DNA of 64,000 bases, taken from an uncultured delta proteobacterium (GTDB taxonomy: Bacteria; Myxococcota_A; Polyangia; Fen-1088). The stretch spans positions 1-64,000 of the forward strand of contig CAWCMR010000013.1 in assembly GCA_963796685.1 (NCBI GenBank). The letters run 5' to 3'. Both the position numbers and the translations under genes were made by a program. Positions 59,222 to 64,000 of the stretch are shown here, one piece after another. Numbering within the stretch: the stretch's first letter is position 1; the number at the start of each line of letters is the position of its first letter. Under the pieces are notes generated by a model that saw only the letters and a list, made by a program, of their open reading frames with translations, did not search any database and was not told the origin of the DNA.

Positions 59222-61723
59222 ATGCGGACCCCTGGTCTTCTGTTCGTCTCCATCCTGAGCATCGGCAGCATCGGCAGCACCGCCTTGACGAGCTGCCGGC
59301 CAAGGGATGTCAGCGTGGCCGACAACAGCGGTGGAACGGGGGGCGGAAATGGCGGCATGGGCGTCGGCGGGGCGGCCGGGGGCGGAGGGGCAGGGGGCGA
59401 CGGCGGCACGAGCCGCGGCGGCGCGACCGGCGGCGCTGGGGCAGGGGGTGGTGGCACCGGCGGCGGTGGAATGGTCGGCAGCGGCGGCACGACCGACGGT
59501 GGCGCGACCGGTGGCGGCAGCGGTTCTGGCGACGCCGGCGATGCCGCTGCCCCGAGCGATGCCGGCCTGGTCGGAAACCCGCTGGTCATCAACCAGGTCA
59601 TGACGTGCGACACCCCGCCGCTGGCGGTCCCCACCCAGCACATCGAAGCGGAGTGCGCCTTCGGCCCGTCCACGGGGGCTTGCAAGGGCACCACGGGCGG
59701 ACAGCAGGGAACCCAGACGGAAAATGACGGAACCGACGTCGGGTTCATCGAAGGTGGCGACGAGCTTTGGTACGACGGCATCGTCATGGATGGGGCCAAC
59801 ACGCTCACCCTTCACTACGCCAAGGGTGTGGATGGAGGCAGCATCGAGGTTCGGCTGGACAGCGCCAACGGTACGCTGCTTGGAACCTTCTCGCCGGTTT
59901 CCACCGGATCGTGGACCACCTGGCAGGATGGCCAGGTCGCGCTCGCCGCCGCGACCGGCAGCCACACCCTCTATCTGGTCGCGACCGGCTCGACGGCCGG
60001 TGTTCTCAACCTGGATTGGCTCGAGCTCTCCGGCTCCTCCGCATCCGCCGCCGGCGCCCCCTTGTTTCATTTGAACCACCTGGGCTTCGATACCCTGGGC
60101 CCGAAGCACGCCGTGGTCGAAGGGCCCGCCAACCTGGACCGCTTCTTCATCGTCGATTCGAATCGCACCGCTGTCTGGTGCGGAGCGCTCACCGCCATCG
60201 CCTTTGGCGCCTGGGGCCGCAGCAACTCCTTCTATTCCATCGACTTCACCGACCTGACCCGGCCCGGGAGCTATCGCTTGCAAGTGGGCAACGCGATGTC
60301 GGACGCCTTCGACATCGGCGACAGCCATCTGTTCGCCACGACCTTCGCCGGCATTCTCGGCTATTTCAAGGCTTCCCGCGCCGACGACCCCGACGTGTGG
60401 GCGGCCGATGCCAGCGTACCCTTCGTCGGCGGCGGGACGCCCGCCGATGTCCGTGGCGGCTGGTACGATGCCTCGGGCGACATCTCGAAGTACCTCACCC
60501 ACCTGAGCTACGCCAATTTTCTGAACCCGCAGCAGATCCCCCTCGTCGCCTGGGCGCTGGCCTGGGTCTACGACCAGGGTGGCAGCACGCTCGCGGCCAG
60601 CGGCTCGGCGCCCGCGTTGCAGGCCGAGGCACTGTGGGGCGCGGACTACCTCGTACGCGTGCTCGATCCCGCGGGCTACTTCTACACCAATGTTTTCGAT
60701 GGCTGGTCGGGCAACGTCGGCCAACGGCAGATCTGCGCCATCGTGGGACAATCCGGCGCCGAGACCGCCGATTACCAGTCGGCCCTGCGCGAAGGCGGCG
60801 GCATGAGCATCGCCGCTCTGGCGCGGGCGGCGCGCTGGAGCGTGGACGGCAGCTTCACCAGCGCGCAATACCTGGCCGGCGCCAAGCTGGCCTTCGACAC
60901 CTTGAACAACAACGGCGGCAAGTACGACGACGACGGCAAGGAGAACGTCATCGACGACTACACCGGGCTGCTCGCCGCCAGCGAGCTCTACGCCACCACG
61001 CAAGATGCGGCCTATGCGCAGGCGGCCCGCGCGCGCGCCACGTCGCTTGTCGCCCGCTTGGGTGCGGACGGTTACTTCATCGCCGATGGCGCGACCCGCC
61101 CCTTCTGGCATGAGTCCGACGCCGGGCTGCCCGTCGTGGCGCTTGCCCGTTACGTCCAGGTAGAGACCGACACCGGCAAGCGCGACCTCGCCAAGCAGGC
61201 CATCCAGAAGCACCTCGATTACTTGCTCGCCGTCACCGGCGCGGTGGCCAATCCCTTCGGCTACGCTCGTCAACCCATCGCCGCGGGCACGTCCAGCTTC
61301 TTCATTCCGCACGACAACGAATCCGGCTATTGGTGGCAGGGGGAAAACGCGCGCCTGGCCTCGCTGTCCGCGGCGGCTCTCTTCGGGGCGAAGGTCTTGG
61401 GAACGTCGGGAACGCGGTATCTCGACCTCTTGCGCTTCGCCGGCGACCAGCTCGATTGGATTCTCGGCGCCAACCCCTACGACATCTGCTTTCTCGACGG
61501 GTTCGGCAGGAACAATCCGCCCGCCTATTGCGCCTCGAAGCCCCAGGCCGGCACCCTCGTCGGCGGCATCGCCAACGGCATCACCGGCAGCAATGCGGAT
61601 GGCAGCGGTATCCAGTGGTTGAGCGGGCCCGCCGGCTCGTGCAGCGACGACTGGCGCTGGGTCGAGCAGTGGCTTCCGCACGCGGCCTGGTTCCTGGTCG
61701 CCACCGCCGCACTGGCGCAGTGA
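59222..61723 (+). CDS. CBM6-GH9 lipoprotein resembling exo-beta-D-glucosaminidase (chitobiase-type GH9)
   Basis: Lipobox LTSC, G-rich linker, CBM6 (IEAE, VGFIEGGD, IEVRLDS, TGSWTTW, NLDW), GGWYDASGDISKYLTHLSYANFLNPQQIP, ENVIDDY, YWWQGENARLASL, WRWVEQWLPH. Confidence 0.85.
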   Translation: MRTPGLLFVSILSIGSIGSTALTSCRPRDVSVADNSGGTGGGNGGMGVGGAAGGGGAGGDGGTSRGGATGGAGAGGGGTGGGGMVGSGGTTDGGATGGGSGSGDAGDAAAPSDAGLVGNPLVINQVMTCDTPPLAVPTQHIEAECAFGPSTGACKGTTGGQQGTQTENDGTDVGFIEGGDELWYDGIVMDGANTLTLHYAKGVDGGSIEVRLDSANGTLLGTFSPVSTGSWTTWQDGQVALAAATGSHTLYLVATGSTAGVLNLDWLELSGSSASAAGAPLFHLNHLGFDTLGPKHAVVEGPANLDRFFIVDSNRTAVWCGALTAIAFGAWGRSNSFYSIDFTDLTRPGSYRLQVGNAMSDAFDIGDSHLFATTFAGILGYFKASRADDPDVWAADASVPFVGGGTPADVRGGWYDASGDISKYLTHLSYANFLNPQQIPLVAWALAWVYDQGGSTLAASGSAPALQAEALWGADYLVRVLDPAGYFYTNVFDGWSGNVGQRQICAIVGQSGAETADYQSALREGGGMSIAALARAARWSVDGSFTSAQYLAGAKLAFDTLNNNGGKYDDDGKENVIDDYTGLLAASELYATTQDAAYAQAARARATSLVARLGADGYFIADGATRPFWHESDAGLPVVALARYVQVETDTGKRDLAKQAIQKHLDYLLAVTGAVANPFGYARQPIAAGTSSFFIPHDNESGYWWQGENARLASLSAAALFGAKVLGTSGTRYLDLLRFAGDQLDWILGANPYDICFLDGFGRNNPPAYCASKPQAGTLVGGIANGITGSNADGSGIQWLSGPAGSCSDDWRWVEQWLPHAAWFLVATAALAQ

Positions 61724-61924
61724 CGTGCCAGATCGGGCCCCTGTTTGGTCGCACGGCGGCATGCGGATGAAAAGGGTCCTCTTTTATTGACGAATCCAAG
61801 ATCCCGCGGGCACAAACGGAACAAAGCAATAAAAGCAAGGCAATCGGACGTCCTTGCCTTGCTCGAATGCTTTCACCTTTGGAATGTTCGAACGAGATTC
61901 ACCACGAAGCGGGGGATACAAGTC

Positions 61925-62500
61925 ATGAGGAAATTGTTGTCGATTTGCATGTTGGCCGCCCCGGTCGCCTTCCTCGGAATCGCCGGTTGCTCATCCAGCG
62001 GCGGCGGCCTTCCCGAGGGCACGGGCGGCAAGAGCGGCAGTGGCGGTTCTGCAGGTTCGGTCGGAACCACGAGTACTGGCGGTACGATGCACACAGGCGG
62101 TTCTTCAGGCGCAGGTGGCGCCGTCAGCACCGGCGGGATGAAGGGCAGCGGCGGGACACCCGGCACGCCACCCGGCATGGGCGGGATGCCAGGCATGGGC
62201 GGGATGCCAGGCATGGGCGGGATGCCAGGCATGGGCGGCACCACCATGACGAATCCGCGTCCCGACGGTGGCTTTACCATCCCAGACGGCGGTTTCATGC
62301 GTCCGGATGGCGGCGGCTTCACGCGCCCGGATGGCGGCGGCTTCACGCGCCCGGACGGCGGCGGCTTCACGCGCCCGGATGGTGGCGGCATTATGCGCCC
62401 GGACGGCGGCGGCTTCACGCGCCCGGATGGTGGTCGCACAAGACCAGATGGTGGCGGGTTCATGCGTCCAGAGGCCGGCGGTGGCTTTGGCCGTGGCTAG
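61925..62500 (+). CDS. Low-complexity repeat lipoprotein (PGMGG x4, PDGG x9)
   Basis: Lipobox IAGC; 18-nt and about 24-nt tandem repeats; no folded domain recognised. Confidence 0.75.
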   Translation: MRKLLSICMLAAPVAFLGIAGCSSSGGGLPEGTGGKSGSGGSAGSVGTTSTGGTMHTGGSSGAGGAVSTGGMKGSGGTPGTPPGMGGMPGMGGMPGMGGMPGMGGTTMTNPRPDGGFTIPDGGFMRPDGGGFTRPDGGGFTRPDGGGFTRPDGGGIMRPDGGGFTRPDGGRTRPDGGGFMRPEAGGGFGRG

Positions 62501-62676
62501 CTGCTAGTCGATTCCACTCCAGGGAAGCAAAGATCCGGGTGGGCGCAGAGCCTGCCCGGATTTCTAAGTGTGGTTAGGGGCACCAGCCGCTGGGGGCTGG
62601 CCGCCCGGCGAACGGCCGCGAACCCACAACCTGCGAAAGCAGGCGAACGCGGGGCGGGCAGGCTAGAATGCCGGCC

Positions 62677-63033
62677 ATGCACGAGCTGTCGATTGCCTCG
62701 GCGATCCTGGATCGCGCGAAAGCCGCGTCCGAACAGAACGGCGGGGCGCGCGTGACCAAGGTCGGTCTGCGCATCGGCGCGATCTCGGGCGTGGAGACGG
62801 ACGCGCTCACCTTCGGCATCGAGGCCCTGAGCAAGGACACGCCGTTGCAAGGAGTCATCGTCGAGATCGAGTTCTGCAAGCGCAGGCAGCGCTGCACGGC
62901 CTGCGCCACCGAGTTCGAGCCCGAAGGCTTCTCGACGACCTGTCCCACCTGCCGGGGCGACGAAAGCGTCTGCATCGCGGGCAAGGAGCTCGATGTGATG
63001 TTCTACGAGCTGGAGGATCTACCATGCGCGTAG
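62677..63033 (+). CDS. hypA: Hydrogenase maturation nickel metallochaperone HypA
   Basis: MHELSIA, CTAC, CPTC, GKEL. Confidence 0.95.
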   Translation: MHELSIASAILDRAKAASEQNGGARVTKVGLRIGAISGVETDALTFGIEALSKDTPLQGVIVEIEFCKRRQRCTACATEFEPEGFSTTCPTCRGDESVCIAGKELDVMFYELEDLPCA

Positions 63034-63683
63034 ACGTGGAAGAAAAGGTCCTGAGCGAGAACGACAAGCTGGCGCTGGGGCTGCGCGAGCGCTTTCGCGA
63101 GCACAAGGTGTTCTGCGTGAATCTCATCAGCGCGCCCGGGTCGGGCAAGACCGCGCTGCTCGAGCGCACGCTCGAAGCCTTGCCCAAGACCGCCAGGGTC
63201 GCGCTACTGACCGGCGATCTGCAAACCGAAAACGACGCCCGTCGCCTGGCCAAGGCCGGTTTCCCGGTCAAGCAGATCACCACCGGCGACACCTGCCACC
63301 TCGACGCCAGCATGATCATCAGGGCGCTCGCCGACTGGGAGCTCGACGCCATCGACATCCTCTTCGTCGAGAACGTCGGCAATCTCGTGTGCCCGACCAG
63401 CTACGACCTGGGCGAGCACGCCAAGATCGTCCTGCTCAGCGTGACCGAGGGCGAGGACAAGCCGCTCAAATACCCGTCCATCTTCGCCGCCGCCGAGTTG
63501 TGCATCATCAACAAGATCGATCTTCTGCCCTACGTGCCGTTCAATCTCGGCCAAGCCGTCGCGAACGCGCGCCAGGTTCATCCCGGCATGGAGGTGGTGG
63601 AAACGAGCTGTACGAAGGTGCAGGGGGTAGACGCGTGGCTCGACTGGATCGAGCGACGGCGCAAGCAGGCGATGCAAGGCTGA
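63024..63683 (+). CDS. hypB: Hydrogenase nickel incorporation GTPase HypB
   Basis: SAPGSGKT, CHLDA, ENVGNLVCP, EGEDKPLKYP, NKIDL. Confidence 0.96.
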   Translation: MRVDVEEKVLSENDKLALGLRERFREHKVFCVNLISAPGSGKTALLERTLEALPKTARVALLTGDLQTENDARRLAKAGFPVKQITTGDTCHLDASMIIRALADWELDAIDILFVENVGNLVCPTSYDLGEHAKIVLLSVTEGEDKPLKYPSIFAAAELCIINKIDLLPYVPFNLGQAVANARQVHPGMEVVETSCTKVQGVDAWLDWIERRRKQAMQG

Positions 63684-63702
63684 AGACGAAAGGAGCTGGA
63701 CC

Positions 63703-64000
63703 ATGGCGCGAACACAGAAGACGGCTCTGGTGACCGGCGCGTCGGCCGGGATCGGGCGCGAGCTGGCGCGGATTGCAGCCACGGACGGTCATGATCTGGT
63801 GCTGGTGGCGCGACGACGCGATCGATTGGAAGCGCTGGCCGCCGAGCTGACGACAGCTCACGGCGTACACGTCACGGTCATCGACGCCGATCTCTCGGAC
63901 CGCGCCACGCCCGCGACCATCGCCGAGCGCCTTCGCAACGAGAACAAGCCCGTCGATTTCCTGATCAACAACGCCGGCTTCGGCAACTGCGGCCTGTTCG
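63703..64000 (+). CDS. Short-chain dehydrogenase/reductase (partial, runs off the window)
   Basis: MARTQKTALVTGASAGIG, LVARR, LINNAGFG. Confidence 0.9.
   Translation, partial: MARTQKTALVTGASAGIGRELARIAATDGHDLVLVARRRDRLEALAAELTTAHGVHVTVIDADLSDRATPATIAERLRNENKPVDFLINNAGFGNCGLF

Noticed and set aside
62677-63683. Complete hydrogenase or urease locus
   Set aside because: Only hypA and hypB are present; no structural subunits in the window

Overview
High-GC bacterial chromosome segment, most consistent with a Myxococcota (Polyangia-like) genome. The assignment is inferred from the eukaryotic-type Ser/Thr kinase, the Gly/Ser/Thr-linker lipoproteins, the split nuo cluster and the sigma54 regulator. 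Core genes: alaS, hom, rimP-nusA-ylxR-infB-ylxP-rbfA-truB, nuoABCD-G-H-I, tpx, def, an RsmB-family methyltransferase, hypAB and tRNA-Val(CAC). Accessory features: (1) lipoprotein-anchored hydrolases (GH2, GH11, GH64, CBM6-GH9, an alpha/beta hydrolase), including a bacterial homologue of the fungal TOS1/DUF2401-2403 protein paired with GH64, a candidate module for attacking fungal cell walls; (2) a GH29 fucosidase homologue with degenerate active-site motifs behind an anti-sigma-like gene; (3) two K+ uptake loci, a c-di-AMP riboswitch ahead of a KimA-type transporter and a kdpFABC operon with a sigma54 promoter, split KdpD and an NtrC-type regulator in place of KdpE; (4) three attC sites with gene cassettes and no integrase (CALIN-like), carrying toxin-antitoxin genes; (5) a 196-bp hairpin-rich tandem array upstream of alaS and several MITE/REP families that overlap stop codons. 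A few single-base frameshifts look like homopolymer sequencing errors. All calls come from reading motifs by eye; no searches were run.
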